Shown: in pieces, positions 25,679 through 41,100 of the stretch | Layout: every line of letters begins with the position of its first letter | How positions within the stretch are numbered: position 1 is the stretch's first letter | Assembly (NCBI RefSeq): GCF_006345805.1 | Contig: NC_043022.1 | Location: forward strand, 19,282,001-19,346,000 | Origin: Octopus sinensis | Lineage: Eukaryota | DNA: 64,000 bases | Direction of reading: 5' to 3' | Translations under genes and position numbers: made by a program | Notes under the pieces: model-generated | Database searches by the model: none | Seen by the model: only the letters and a program-made list of their open reading frames with translations | What the model was told of the DNA's origin: nothing

Positions 25679-27639
25679 CTGAAATGATAGATTTGAAATA
25701 TCGTTAAGATAACTCAGCTGTTTGAGATCTGATTATGAGTCACCTCAGTTCCTTGTCAAGGGGTTGGTGTCGTTTGTCCGAGCATTTTTTATTTGTGTCA
25801 GTGTCATTTGGTGGAAATAGGGTGGGTAGGAGAAACACTAAATCCCTTCTTAGCTCAAACCTCATTTCAAGTCAATCAATCAATTGATCTTGTCAAGGGG
25901 TTGGTGTCGTTTGTCCGAGCACTTTTTGGTGGGGTGAGGGGATTTAAGGAAAGAAACATTAAACTCTTACTTCCCTCAAACCTCATCCAAAGTCAGTCAA
26001 TCCATCAATCAATAGATCAATCAATCAATAATAATCATATCTCACAAGGGATTCTACTGCTTCTCCAAACCAGATAAATCCCTCAACAGGTTATTAGCAT
26101 TTTTGGTTTTAAGGAATAGAGCGACTTAACAATCTCTAATGACGATATGGATATGGATTTAGTACCGCAGATGAATAGAATGATCAGCAATTATACACTG
26201 CGCCCATTGCTTGTAGATGTAAGGCATACCATTGCCATGAGCACCATCATCATCTTCACCAAGATCAACACTATCACTACCACCACCAACACCACCACCA
26301 CTACTTCCACTACCGTTACCATAGTCCTACTTAACATCCGATTTCCATAGTGGAATAGGATGGACATTTGACAGGGCCTGACAAGATGGTAGGGTGGTCT
26401 ATCATACACCAATGTCTACTTTGGTATGGTTTCTGTGGTTGGATGTCTTTCCTAATGCCAACCACTTTACAGAGTATACTGGGTGACCTTTTCGTTCATG
26501 GCACCAGCACTAGCAAGGATCACTTCATAACTCCAAGATTAAGGTCCTAAAGTAACCTTATATGTAAGGGAGAATAGAAAAGAGAGTGAGTGGTGATTTC
26601 AAGTAGAAGGATGAGGGATGGCATATTGGAGAGTAAAGAAGCAAAATAAGCGAGGGATTTGCTTCAGGGTGAAGAAAAAGAGGAGAAGGATTTGAAAGGT
26701 GATAGGGTGGGTTGTGTTCTGGGGGGGGGTGAAGGGAGGGTAAAGTCGAGGGCTATCCCTCATTATAAGTATGTTCCAGAAGAGAACATGGAGTAAAGTT
26801 GGCCCCACTGAAAGTGTGAACCCAGTCATTTTGAAGTATGAAATTCTCTTCCATGAAACATGCAGCCTGACTCCCTATCATCTCTACATGTTTTCACTTT
26901 AACATTCAGGTTTCTCGGTCAAATGTAATGCTTATTGATTCACATTGTTTTGAAATAAATGTAGATTATGTCATAGCTTCAAGATTTCGATGGCGTGATG
27001 GTTAATTGCTAGAATGAGATTGTAGGGTATGTGTGAGAGGTCAGATATGGATGATTTGAGCATAAAACGGAGAATATTGGGGTTGGGTATGATATGGCCG
27101 TTTTAAATGCTAAAGGGCAAAAGTAGGTTAAGAAAATATATTTACTTCATTGATTTTCAGAGATTCATTCTTAAAATGGAGATTTATGCTTGTGATTTCT
27201 TTGTCTTCATAGGTCTTCAGGTTAAAATATTTGATGAACTCATCTCCATACATACCGAAATTCTTCCATGTCAAATGATTAGTGAAAGATGATAACGTGT
27301 CTTGGATTAATTCTACGGAGAAAGTTCGTTCATGTACCTCAGGAGAAATAACTTTCAACAGCCATTTCTTGCCTGAAATATGAATTTAGAAAATATGACT
27401 TTTAAGTGTGTGATACATACATACATACATACATACATACATACATACAACATACATACATACATACATACATATGTACAAGCAATCTGTGAGCAGAACA
27501 GCAATAATATGCAAGATTTTTTCTCAAGTTTCAAATGTGAATTTGTCTGTGTTAACTACATCCCAAATATGAAACCTTGTAGAAGAGACATACATATATT
27601 CATATATACAGACATACACACATATAAAGATACACACAA

Positions 27640-27691
<52 letters not shown>

Positions 27692-29844
27692 GATAGATAA
27701 GTAGATAGATATAGATATAGTTAAATTGATTTGCCCATCTAAATCAGATATTTGTAAGATTATTAAATTCATTATTAATAAATATATTTCTAGGCTTAAA
27801 CAACGTACTAGTTCATGTTTGTGGTCAAATTCTTTGGACATTATTGATTGGTTCTCTAACATTAATAGTAAACAACATACTAAGTTTATTCAGTTGGATA
27901 TTTCTAATTATTAGTCAGCTATCAACCCTATCCTATCGAATAAAACTTTGCTTCTCGCTATGAAAATTTCGGATCTATCTAGAAGTGATGTTGATATAAT
28001 TCTAGTGGCTAGAAAAGCCTTTATTGAATTTGATGGTAAATATTGGACTAGAACTGGTAGACCCAATGTTTTCAGTATTAAAATGGGGTCAAGTGATTCG
28101 GTGCAAGTTACCGATTGAGCTGTTTTTATATTTTTTATTGCATACATAATGAATTTCCTTATTTAGGAAGTGGATTATATAGAGATGATGCTCTTTTCAC
28201 TGTATATAAATCTAGTATGGTTTATTTAGAAAAATATAGAAACATTCGTAATATATTCTTTCAGCATCTGTTCTTTCTATTAGTTTAGAAAATGAAGATA
28301 CTAGGGTTAATTTTCTGGATATTACCATTGATCTACATAATGAATTATACCAACCTATTCATAAGCCAAATGAATGCTTACGATAGATAAATAAAATCTC
28401 TAATAATATTAGTAGCATAATAAATTCAATAGTTAAGAATATATCAACTTGTATTTCGAGGCTTTCGGCTAATGGAGATATATATAAGCTAAATCAACCG
28501 TATCATACTATTGGGTTTTCTATATCATTAATTGTAGGATTGTTAAGATTTTTATTTATTTGAGTTCGTGCGAGTTATCCTCGATATCGTTATGATTTAT
28601 TGATATATCTAATTTGGAAGAGGTATTTACCATGTGTATTAATAATTTTAATCTTTGTTGGAGTGTTTAGTAAAATAATGTTTTATTTATAAATCCAAAA
28701 AATAGTTTAATTAAAATAATAACATTGGAAGTTATAGATTAAAATGCATTATTGGAAGCTGGATATAAAGATGAGGTTTACTATATCTTGAATCATCTTA
28801 GTAATAATAAAGATCTAGAAAATTTTAGAATTAGAGAGATGTTGAAACTTCATGAAAGGAATAAGAAAACTATAAATTTATATGGAAATAATAAAAGTAG
28901 ATAAAGACACCATACTATGGGATATGCCAATATACACAGATAAAGAAATTAAGGCCAATAGGCCAGATATAGTTGTCAGAGGTTATCAAGAAAAAGATAC
29001 TTTCTAATTGGTGTATCAATACCAACATATGGCAATGTTTGTCTAAAAGAAATAGAGAAATTTTCAAAATACAATACAATTTATATTCTATATAAATATA
29101 TGGTGGTTCCCCAGTATGACTGCTGTTATTCAACTAATACTGGCTAAAGAGTTAACACAATGACTTAAAAATTTCAAATGCGTTAAACACAAAATTTATT
29201 AAATATGCGACTCGTACGTATCTCTTTCTTTAAATTTCCTTAATTTCAATTTAAAATATTATTAATCCTGCTTTGAATTCTCACAGAATGATTAGTTCCC
29301 TTTTAATAGCCGTGACCACAAGAGGGACCACATGGTTTGATTTAGTTGTTCAATGAAATCTTACCTTTTTTAACTTTACAAGAACATTTCATTGAATTTG
29401 TCCAATGTATGTCAACACAACCATATTCTTCTCCCGTAAGCATCTTTGTCATGACAACCTGAAAAATGATTTTTTAAATTGTTTTAAAGTTGATTAGTTA
29501 TATGACATGTTTAAATTAATACAACCATCTACGTTGATTGAAAGGGGTGGCCAGGTGGCTTTGTGCCAAGGCTAAAGTATGATGGAGGGACAAGTATAGT
29601 TGTCTTGCTACAGAAGAGATACATGACTACCACACATTATATAAGGGTAGTTGGGAGGGCCTAAATGTGATAGTGATACAATACCAGGTAAGATTCTTAG
29701 GAGATAGGAAGGGGAGAATACAGACGGGATACAGACTGTTGGTTAATGAAGGGACGGAGTGAGCTGGGTCTTTTGTAAAAGGGGAGTGTAACTCAGATGG
29801 TTAGAGATGGGTTACTCTCTCTCTCTATCTCTCTTTCTCCGTAT

Positions 29845-29891
<47 letters not shown>

Positions 29892-29900
29892 ATATATATA

Positions 29901-29955
<55 letters not shown>

Positions 29956-30350
29956 TATTACGGAGATGCACTCGCATAGCAAGTGATTTGATCTGAGATC
30001 GTGTGCTGAAACGAAAACAATTACAGCGTGGAATGTGTTTGCAAGCCATTTAAGAAACACACAAAAGCCGTTCGATTCACTTCAACATTTAAGTTTAATT
30101 TGACAAAATATTTTCGTCGCTAAAATCTGTGACCTGTTCACTGACAAAAATCCGTGCTGCATCTGAGCAGCACGGATTTTCATCAGTGAACAGGTCACGG
30201 TCTTAAAGCGACGAAAATATTTTGACAAATTAAACTTAAATGTTGAAGTGAATCGAACGGCTTTTGTGTGTTTCTTAAATGGCTTACAAACACCTTCCAC
30301 GCTGCAATTGTATATATACATATATATATATATATGTCTCAAAGACAGAC

Positions 30351-30389
<39 letters not shown>

Positions 30390-32602
30390 AAAAGAAAGAA
30401 GAAAGAAAGAAAGAACGAAAAAGCAAACACAGAATTCAAGAGGGTGAAGCTACTTACTTTGGTCATGTCAAAAGGTTTTTTAGTGCCATTGAATTCTATT
30501 TCAATCTCATTGATGTTCTCGTTTGGAATATCGAAAAAATTAGTGAAAGCGGAGACGTAAGCCGACTCTTCGAGTGATACAATTACTGAAGAGTTCCTTT
30601 CACCGCCAGTCACTCTAAGAGTAAAAATTATTGTTTCGTAATCGTTTACATATTTGGATTGATAGGTCATTTCTATATTCCATGTGGAATCTAGAGAAGA
30701 AAGAAGAAAATAATTAAAGGAAAAAAGAACAATAACAAACGTGGTGCAGTGTCTATTGGCAGAAACGTTAGTGCGTTGGGCGAAATGCTTAGCGGTATTT
30801 CGTCTGCCGTTACGTTCTGAGTTCAAATTCCGCCGAGGTCGACTTTGCCTTTCATCCTTTCGGGGTCGATAAATTAAGTAGCAGTTACGCACTGGGGTCG
30901 ATGTAATCGACTTAATCAATTTGTCTTTCCTTGTTTGTCTCCTCTATGTTTAGCCCCTTGTGGGTTGTAAAGAAATAGGTATTTCGTCTGCCGTTACGTT
31001 CTGAGTTCAAATTCCGCCGAGGTCAACTTTGCCTTTCATCCTTTCGGGGTCGATAAATTAAGTACCAGTTACGCACTGGGGTCGATGTAATCGACTTAAA
31101 AACCCTTTGTCTGTCCTTGTTTGTCTCCTCTATGTTTAGCCCCTTGTGGGTAGTAAAGAAATATGTAATTCATTAACAAAAATGTGTCCAGCAATAAAAG
31201 AGAAAAAAATGGTGAATTACTTGACATTTTGAGATTTGAATTATTCCTCAACAGTAAGTGACTGATTTTGTGAACATTGACCTTTGATCTTTTATCCTGT
31301 TTCAATCATTAGTCTGCGGCCATGCTGGGGCACCACCGTGAAGAAATTTTAGTCGAATGAATTAAGCCCAGTACTGATTTTGTCTTTCAAAGTGTCTTTT
31401 GCTGAACTGCTAAGTTACAGGGTTGTAAACACACAAACACCACATTGCAAGCAGTGGTGGGGTAAAACACAGACACAAAGACACACACACACACACACAC
31501 GACAGTATTCTTTTAGTTTCCGTATCCAAATCCACTCAAGAATCTTTGGTCATCCCAAGGCTACAGTAGAAGACACTGGCCTAAAGTGCCCCACACTGGG
31601 TCTGAACTCGGAACCATGTGATTAGGAGGAAAGTTTCTTATCATACAGCCACACCTAGCCATGCCTTTCATTACCATATTTCTGCTGGAATCTGCTTTGT
31701 TTCAATTAATTTTGAGAATAATGAAGAATATATTAAATAATTAAGCTGTTATTAATCTGGTGTCAGATTAATTAAGATGCAATTTCAATGAAAGGTTTTC
31801 ACTAAGGTAACTTCAACCCTTTTCATAGCAACTCACTTGAGACCCTGCCTGGATCTACAAACTTACAGATTTCATCTCCATAACCTGGTAAGATTGCTTG
31901 GACACTTTTAAGCTGTATATGCCATCCCCCTCAGTCCTGCATTAGTTGATGGAGGTCTTCGAGGAGGCATCCAGTGTCTCTGATGAGTTGATCTACATAT
32001 ATTGCGTTTGGATGACCAGCTTGAGTACAGCATTGCTTTCATGTCCATAGCAGTAGGTCACTTGCTACCTCTTCTATAGCTCGACAACAATGTCCTTCAA
32101 AGTGCAAGCATCTTTCCCTTATAATGTTGGAAGCAGGCAGCAGATCTCCGTACAGCTGTTTCTTGGTCGGATAAGTCCTCCAAGATATGTTTAAGACTGC
32201 TCTTAATATTTGGGTGAAAGTTCCATCTTGCTTGGATTCCAGTGTTTTGGTAAGTGTCCAGGCTGTTGTTCCATATAAAAGGACTGACTCTACCACAGTA
32301 TGGGAAAATCTTCTCTGACAGGCTTGATTTCCAGGCAACACCCAGTTTGTTTAGGGCCGACCATGCTTTGGCTACCCAAGTTTTTACATCCTTGTCAGTT
32401 GACTTGCATTAATTTACTGTTTTAAAGTGATCTAAACAGCGCAGGAGTGGCTGTGTGGTAAGTAGCTTGCTTACCAACCACATGGTTCCGGGTTCAGTCC
32501 CACTGAGTGGCATCTTGTGCAAGTGTCCTCTGCTATAGCCTCGGGCTGACCAAAGCCTTGTGATTGGATTTGGTTGACGGAAACTGAAAGAAGCCCGTCG
32601 TA

Positions 32603-32697
<95 letters not shown>

Positions 32698-33548
32698 TGT
32701 GTGTGTTTGTGTGTCTGTGTTTGTTACCCTAGCATTGCTTGACAACCGATGCTGGTGTGTTTACGTCGCCGTCACTTAGCGGTTCGGCAAAACAGAGCAA
32801 TAGAATAAGTACTGGGCTTACAAAGAATAAGTCCCGGGGTCGATTTGCTCGACTAAAGGCGGTGCTCCAGCATGGCTGCATTCAAATGACTGAAACAAGT
32901 AAACGAGTAAAAGAGTAAACTATAATCTTGATCAAAGTTTTATATTAATTTGTTTCAGACACCAGCTTGAGAACGAGAAAATTTTTTTTACTAAATTCTT
33001 CATTGTTTTTAAAACTAATTAAACGGCAATATATTTGTAACACTAAGTCAGAAATATCTTTATCGATAATAAGATCATTTTCTTGAAGAGTCTAAAGAAA
33101 CAGGTCTCTGTAGAGAGCTGAATCCAAGGGATTTTATGAACCCATTAAAACATTCTGGAATGTTTCATGATGCCTTTAAAGGAACAAATCTTCAGCATTC
33201 CTTTCGATCTGTCACTGCCTCTAACAAACCAATGTCAAAGATGACTTGCTGAAAAATATCGGTAGACATCATAACATAGTTTAGGAATCAAGCCAAAATA
33301 CTTCTGGTCGGTATTACCAAATATAATATTATTCTGCAGTGTCTGCGAGTTTTGAATTTAAACATTCCAAATTCAAATTTGAGGAAGGTTACCTGCATGA
33401 CACTGTGGGTTAGTGACTTTTACTATAGCACCTGGCTGAGCCAAGCTTTGTGAATGGATTTGATAGACTGCAATTGGAAGAAGTCTGTCATAGGTATAAA
33501 CATATATATATTTGTATATGTATATATGATTGTGTGTATGTGTGTGTC

Positions 33549-33580
<32 letters not shown>

Positions 33581-35846
33581 TAAATACATTCAGTCATAGA
33601 AAACCCTTCTTCAATGAATTTCTAGTGATTCATAATATAGAGAAACAATATAAGCAGTATCTTTTATAAACTTACCATTTCTCCAGACACAAATATGGGC
33701 AGGACCTGGAGGCTCTATTCCATATGTATACATACAGGAATATATTTTGTTATTTGCCATATTCTGCACTTTTACCTAAAAGTAAAAGAAAAAGAGAAAA
33801 TTATGTCACCAAGAATTACATGGCTTTAGACAGGGGTCATTTTGTTCTGGATCCAGTAATTATGCAGATGTGAAACACAAGTTATCCATCAATTCAGCAA
33901 TTTTATCGCTACTTCAACTGAAATGTTCTTTCAGATATTGATAGTCATACAACACGAAGTTTACAGAAACTCAGCAATTCAAATACAAGGTGCATTGCAG
34001 TGGTTTTGAGACTTTTTCAGGAGAGACTTCTTCTTTTTACTTCTTTTACTTGTTTCAGTCATTTGACTACGGCCATGCTGGAGCACCGCCTTTAGTCGAG
34101 CAAATCGAGCCCGGGACTTATTCTTTGTAAGCCCAGTACTTATTCTATCGGTCACCTTTGCCGAACCGCTAAGTGACGGGGACGTAAACACACCAGCATC
34201 GGTTGTCAAGCAATGCTAGGGGGACAAACACAGACACACAAACACACACGCATACATATATATATATACGTATATACGACAGGCTTCTTTCAGTTTCTGT
34301 CTACCAAATCCACTCGCAAGGCATTGGTCGGCCCGGGGCTATAGCAGGGCCGACCAATGCCTTGTGAGTGGATTTGGTAGACGAAAACTGAAAGAAGCAT
34401 GTTGTATATATGTATTGGACATTTATTAGTGTTAAAGAAGTATTTTAAATTTGGATTCACAAGATCCGATATAGATTTTGGTAGGTGTCTCTGTGTTGAT
34501 ATTGTTGTTAGTGATATTTGTGCTGCTTCAATTTGAGACTACCTTTGCTCGGTATAATGTAGCCTCGGTGTTACATCGGCTGTCCAGTGGGCATTCATTT
34601 CTAATCCTGCATGAAGATATGTTTGTGTGTGTGTGTGTGTGTGTGTGCATATGTGTGTGTATATATGTAATGCTTAGCGGTATTTCGTCTGTCGTTACGT
34701 TCAGAGTTCAAATTCCGCCGAGGTCGACTTTGCCTTTCATCCTTTCGGGGTCGATAAATAAGTACCAGTTTCGCACTGGAGTCGGTGCAAACGACTTAAT
34801 CCGTGTGTCTATCCTTGTTTGTCCACTCAATGTCTAGCCCCTTGTAGGCAGTAATGAAATATATACGTATTTGTATATAAGCGTGTGTGTGTGTTTGTAT
34901 GTGTGTGTTTGTATCTGTGATTGTCGCTCGCCTCACCAGCACTTGACAACCTGTGTAGATGTTTTTACTTCCCCGGAACTTAGTGGTTCACCAAAAGAGA
35001 TTGATAGAATAAGTACCAGGATTTAAAACAAATATTACTTGTTAAATTTGTTCAACTAACCTCCTTCAAGGTGGTGCCCCACCATGGTCGCTGTGTAATG
35101 ACAGAAACATGTAGAAGAGAAAAGATGACAGTAGAAGCCGTTGAAACATTTAAAATGTAAACTTTGAATGAAGCAGGTAAACTTCTTTCAAAATGGAAAC
35201 AAGAGAAATAAACGTTTCGCTCACCTTTTTCTCCAACCCAAATTCCCCTTCAGTGAAAAAAGCTATCCAATTGAGTTCATTCCAATGCAATGAAAGAAAG
35301 AACGATGCATTTGAAGTTCTAGAATATTTGCTAAACGTAAAATTGGCGTAATAATGAGGTGCAGCACGATAAGAACTTTTAAAATCGTCATTTATGTCGC
35401 TACGTGTAACTTCAAAAGTCCAGCGATCCACTAGAAATAAAAAAGAGAAAATTGGACATTAGTGACAGCAAAATTTCAAAATCAATAAACTTGAAAAGAT
35501 AATTACTTTTATAAAGAGGAGGATTAAAACGGAAATTATAAGAACATGGTGGGAAAATATTTGTTTTCCCTGCTCTTCCACCTTAGTTTATGACAGTTTT
35601 TACATTTAGATGAGACTGCCCCATGGTTTTAGGCAAGTGTCTTGTACAACAGCCTTGGGCTAACCAGAGCCTTGTGAGGGCATGTAGTAGATGGAAACTT
35701 AAAGAGCCCCATGGTATATATCTTTATCTATAGCTATATATATAAATATAAAAGTATGCAAAGCAAAGCCGACCTCGGCGGAATTTGAACTCAGAATGTA
35801 ACGGCAGACGAAACACGCGCGGAGTGGTAACGTTTCTGCAAGTCAC

Positions 35847-35882
<36 letters not shown>

Positions 35883-35893
35883 TATATATATAT

Positions 35894-35953
<60 letters not shown>

Positions 35954-37127
35954 CTTTATTAAAGCAGCAGAAAATTCAACATGAGTTTCTCGTTGCCGGT
36001 CACCAGACAGTTTTTGCTAGAATATATATATATATATATAATGTGTTTTTTTTTAATGGGCTAAGGGTTTGAGTGGAGCTGATGAACTTGAGGGCTGCAC
36101 TAGGTTCTCCTCTGACTTGGCAGGGTTTCTTCAGCTGGATAACGCCAATCACCCCAGGTGCATAATGAGTGCTTTTACGCACCTTTGTCATGGGTGCCAT
36201 TGATATGACACCAGGAATGACCACAACTACGATTCATGGGTCGGTGCCATTCACATGGCACCAACAACAACCCTGACTACGATTCATGAGTGCCATTTGC
36301 ATTTAATCTTTTGAAATTTCCTCCCATTCTTAAAAAATGCTGTTCACAATTTTGTACAGAATTTTGTTTAAATTTCTCTCGTTAATTGAGAAAATTTCAC
36401 TTGATTAAGACTTTTTACATATGGCATTAGTACACCACTTCTTAATTTATTTCATAGAACTTCGTGTCATTGGTATCTTTGAGTTATCTCCCTTAGCTCA
36501 TTTAAAAAAAAACACATTAATTAAACAGAATATACTGAGTCAAAATTATTATAACTCTTTGACTATATGTAAAAATCTTTGTCACTTGGAGTAACTAAAT
36601 AACCTTAACGAGGTCTAACACACTGAAACATATCCATTGTTGTCCCCTTGCCTGCAAATTAAGACCAGGCTTTACTTTTAATAATTATTTAATTAATTAT
36701 TTCGAGGAATTAATCCCAATGTCTTAAAATTATTTCTCCTTTTCCTTCAGACGCCAACAATTGCCACTAGCTTTTTCTTTTCTTCATCTAAACATTCCAG
36801 TAAATTTTTTGCATACACGAATCCTTATATTATTTATGCAAAACCTTAGACTCAGGGTAACACTACCGATTTAGCCATTTTAGAAAATATTTATTTTTAT
36901 ATCCATTTTCATATATCAAGATTAGTTGGAAAATTTATTGAAAATTTCAAATAATGATTTGTGATTGACGCCAGCTTGTCTTTCTCGTTACTGACTACAC
37001 AACTGTGAATTGAACCTGTAAGCATAAGATAATGTGTCTTTTCTGAGGATTGAATGGCAGCAATAAGATTTGAACTCCTAATATTGATCTTTGTAGTTGA
37101 GCCCATTAACCTTATAATTCTTATGCT

Positions 37128-37165
<38 letters not shown>

Positions 37166-38083
37166 AAAAGCATTTCTTGATGAGTTTAAAAGAGAAAAAA
37201 CACAACAAAAATGTTAAACGTAAAAAACCGTCCTCAGGAAAACAGCGTACTTTTCTCCAATCCTGTCTTTGTCTGATTATAAGAATTCCATTTGTAGTAA
37301 CCATAATACATTTCTTGAAGATTGCGATTTTGAACAAGTGCCTAAGATAAAGTAAATCATCAAAATTAACAGCAGCAGGTTATTTCAAATAAATTAATAA
37401 TGATGACAGTGATGATGTTGATGATGATGACCATGATGATGATGATGATGAGGAGGAGGAGGAGGAGGAGGATGGTTATGTTGATGGTAAAACATTTATA
37501 GTGTATAATTTGTATTTCGTTCCTCACACACACACATACGCGCACAAACACACACACACACACACAATTACCCAGGGCATATATACTGGACATTTGTACA
37601 TTTGACCTATATATTGTCAAAACAAAAGCATTAAATCCAATAATACCAAAAGCAATAAAAATACTCTCTCACCTTGTGCCTCCCCAACGAAAGAGAAACA
37701 CCTACAAGTTTGTTTACAAAGTTATTCATGCATGAATAAATTATAAAGGATAGCATGAAACCAAATTTAATATAACAAAATTGTTCCAAAACACCTTTCC
37801 TTAACAAGAGACCATAAAAACATAATTGCCACCCCACTCAACCCCAAAATTGAGTTTTACTCAACAGAGACTATATAAAGGCAAGACTTACTCCAAAGCA
37901 TCACAGTCCATTGATGGCTTAGCTGGCCAAAACTTTGAAGTCACTATCAACAATATTCTTATATAAGAATAATAAATTTGTACTCTACAAAGTATATAGT
38001 AACCCATCGGATTACGATAAAATTGTGTTTATAACAGAACAAGAAAGAACCAATATATCAATATATACATACATACATATATA

Positions 38084-38132
<49 letters not shown>

Positions 38133-41100
38133 AAATATTAGCGAATAAATCCAAACTTACAGCGAAAAATTAGATTTAGGATAAATCCAATTTTATAGTA
38201 TAAATATATTATATTATATTAAATTAGAGATAAAACCACTATTAGGCAAATCAAACAGTGAAAAACAAGCCAATACATAAAATTAATTTTAAAATATAAA
38301 AGTTAAAATTAAAATATTATTTAAATAATATAAACTTATAAATTTTATATATATATATGTATGTACGTATATTTTTGTACTTATATATTATTTTATTAAT
38401 TAATTAATTTAATTATTTATTTATTTTCTTTATTTTTTAACATTTTTTCTTTTTTATATTTTTTATTTTATATGTATATATTATCTAATTAATTAATTAA
38501 TTAATTAATTAATTAATTTATTATTTATTTATTTATTATTTTTTCTTTTTTATATTTTTATTTTAAATACATAACAAATGTATTAAAAGTTTAATAAAAG
38601 ATAAAGAGTAAAACACTACGATCGTTTCATGTCTGTACCAATTCGAATAACAATAATTTAAATTCAATTAATAATTCGAGTTATGGTTACAGCTAATCTT
38701 CAGGTTAATTGAAATATTTTAAAAATAATCAGAAATATTTAGACAATATTTTTAAGATATAAATAATATAATAATTTTACTTATAATAAACTCTATTTTC
38801 AAACTAGAAACTTAAAACTTAACAATTATGATTATATCAAAATCGACTATAATGTTAAAGATTAATTTTAATTTATAAGGTAGGAAACCCACCAATAATC
38901 TAATATCGGTAATAATTTATATCGAATTACATAAATATTTTTAAAAATGACTATTATAAATAAATTATCAATGAAAATATATAAATGTATAAAATATTAT
39001 AATTAAGATCTAAAATAATCTCTATAAATAAATATATATGCACATATAATAAAAACCTAATAAATTAATTTTTCATATTTAAAGATGAAATAGCTAATTT
39101 CAAAAATACAAATAAACAAACTTAAACGAACTTTCGGAAATGTTATGTAAAATACTTATAGAAATAATCAATTCATAGTAATATAGTATCGAATAAATAC
39201 TATAAATACTATAAATATAATTATCAATGGGAATAACTAGCGAATATCAATTTAGAAAGACAATAACTAAGTTATGCTATTAAGTTAGACATGGCCTGGA
39301 CCAATCTTTAGTCAAAATATATCTAAGTTTATCAAAGTTTATCTAATTTAATTATAAGAAATTTAAAAGTACAATTAATACTATTAAAACATGTATATAA
39401 AAGCCTAACTTTATACACCTCGTATACTTGCTATCAAACAACAAATCTATCGCTACGTAGTATCTTACGAATAAACTTAAATTTGATATCTAATAATATA
39501 GAAAATTACGATAATTAGATCATTACATAAACAACGATATTTACATAAGGAAAATATTATTACACCAAAGACTTATAAAATATTAAAATTTACAATTTAA
39601 AGATCTTAAATATAAATAAATACTTATCTTAGCGAGGTTTAGTAATGAACTAAAATTTTGAATCTGAAAACGTCTTTACAGCGTTTATAAGAATACTCGT
39701 GGAATTACGTTATTAGCAAAAAAAGAATAAAGTATTGAAGAATTCATTAAGCGTGAGGAACATACGCTTTATCAATGAGATTGTGAATGGGAACATTAAT
39801 GGTTTATCAGTGTAAATAGAATGAAGTCACAAATAAAGAATAAAATCACTATATACTATAATATTTATTAATAAAATAACTATGATAAATAATACTTAAT
39901 ACAAAATAAATTAAATAATTTAAATGATTAAAAACCACTAATTATTAAATATATTCTAAAAATCTTATATGATTAATAAATATATCAAAAAAAAATTTTT
40001 ATATAGTAACCCCTCGTCGTACTATAAAGTCTATCCCCATGCTCTTATAGTTATAAGCTAAAATTAGTGATTATAACCAAATCTATAAAATACTTATCAA
40101 AATTTGCAATATAACTATACATACGTATACATAAATATATAAAAATATACATACATATACATATATATACATATATATATACATATATATATATATATAC
40201 ATATATATACATATACATATACACATACACACATACATACATATACATATATACACACATATATACACACACATACACACATACACATATGCACAGACAT
40301 ACATACATGTACATACATACAATACTCAATATATACACATACACCTATATACACCCACCCCCACACACACATAAATAAATGTATATACATATACATATAT
40401 ATACACGCACATCAACATATACACATATATACATACACACACAAACACATATATCATATAATAAATACGTATATAAATGTCTATATTCATACTACAATAC
40501 AAAAATAGAGGTAAACATTAAGTTTAATCTAAATAAATACTTCTATATTAAATAAAATAGATTAAATAAACAACTAAATAAATCTATTTCAAATATAAAG
40601 AGATTACATACAAATAGATTAATATAACAAAATTATAATTTAACAAAATTATAACAGAAATATAACAAAATATATAAACTTAACTTTATTATAAGATAAA
40701 TAAAATTGTAACTTACCAGACTCTATATTCAATAAACCATTAAATATTTATTAAAAAATATATTTAGTAATAAAATATTTAGTAATAAAATATTTAGTAA
40801 TAAAATAAACAACTATATATAATCTAACTATAATTAAAAACAGAACCTAAATAACTAAAATAGACAAATATAATAAGTACTACAAATCACCTGCTATATT
40901 TAGAATACTATTACATAAATCAACAAATAAGGAGCTAATTAAGGCTAAGAAATATACATTATTTATCAAGAAATGTATTATATAAGTAAAGTAACTTGTG
41001 TCTGCATTTTATTTTGCGCTCATCCCAGTTATTCACTAAATTATCATGCTTATAAAATAAAATTTCCTTAAACTCATTTGAACATAAATAACAAAAATTA

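Noticed and set aside
30284-30919. 211-aa ORF as a single-exon gene
   Set aside because: It is a composite of SINE sequence, the real exon 30458-30690 and a (TTTC)n tract.
34478-34837. Plus-strand ORF with a transmembrane-like start ([16 protein letters not shown])
   Set aside because: It is the antisense frame of a PLE GIY-YIG fragment running into a microsatellite and a SINE.
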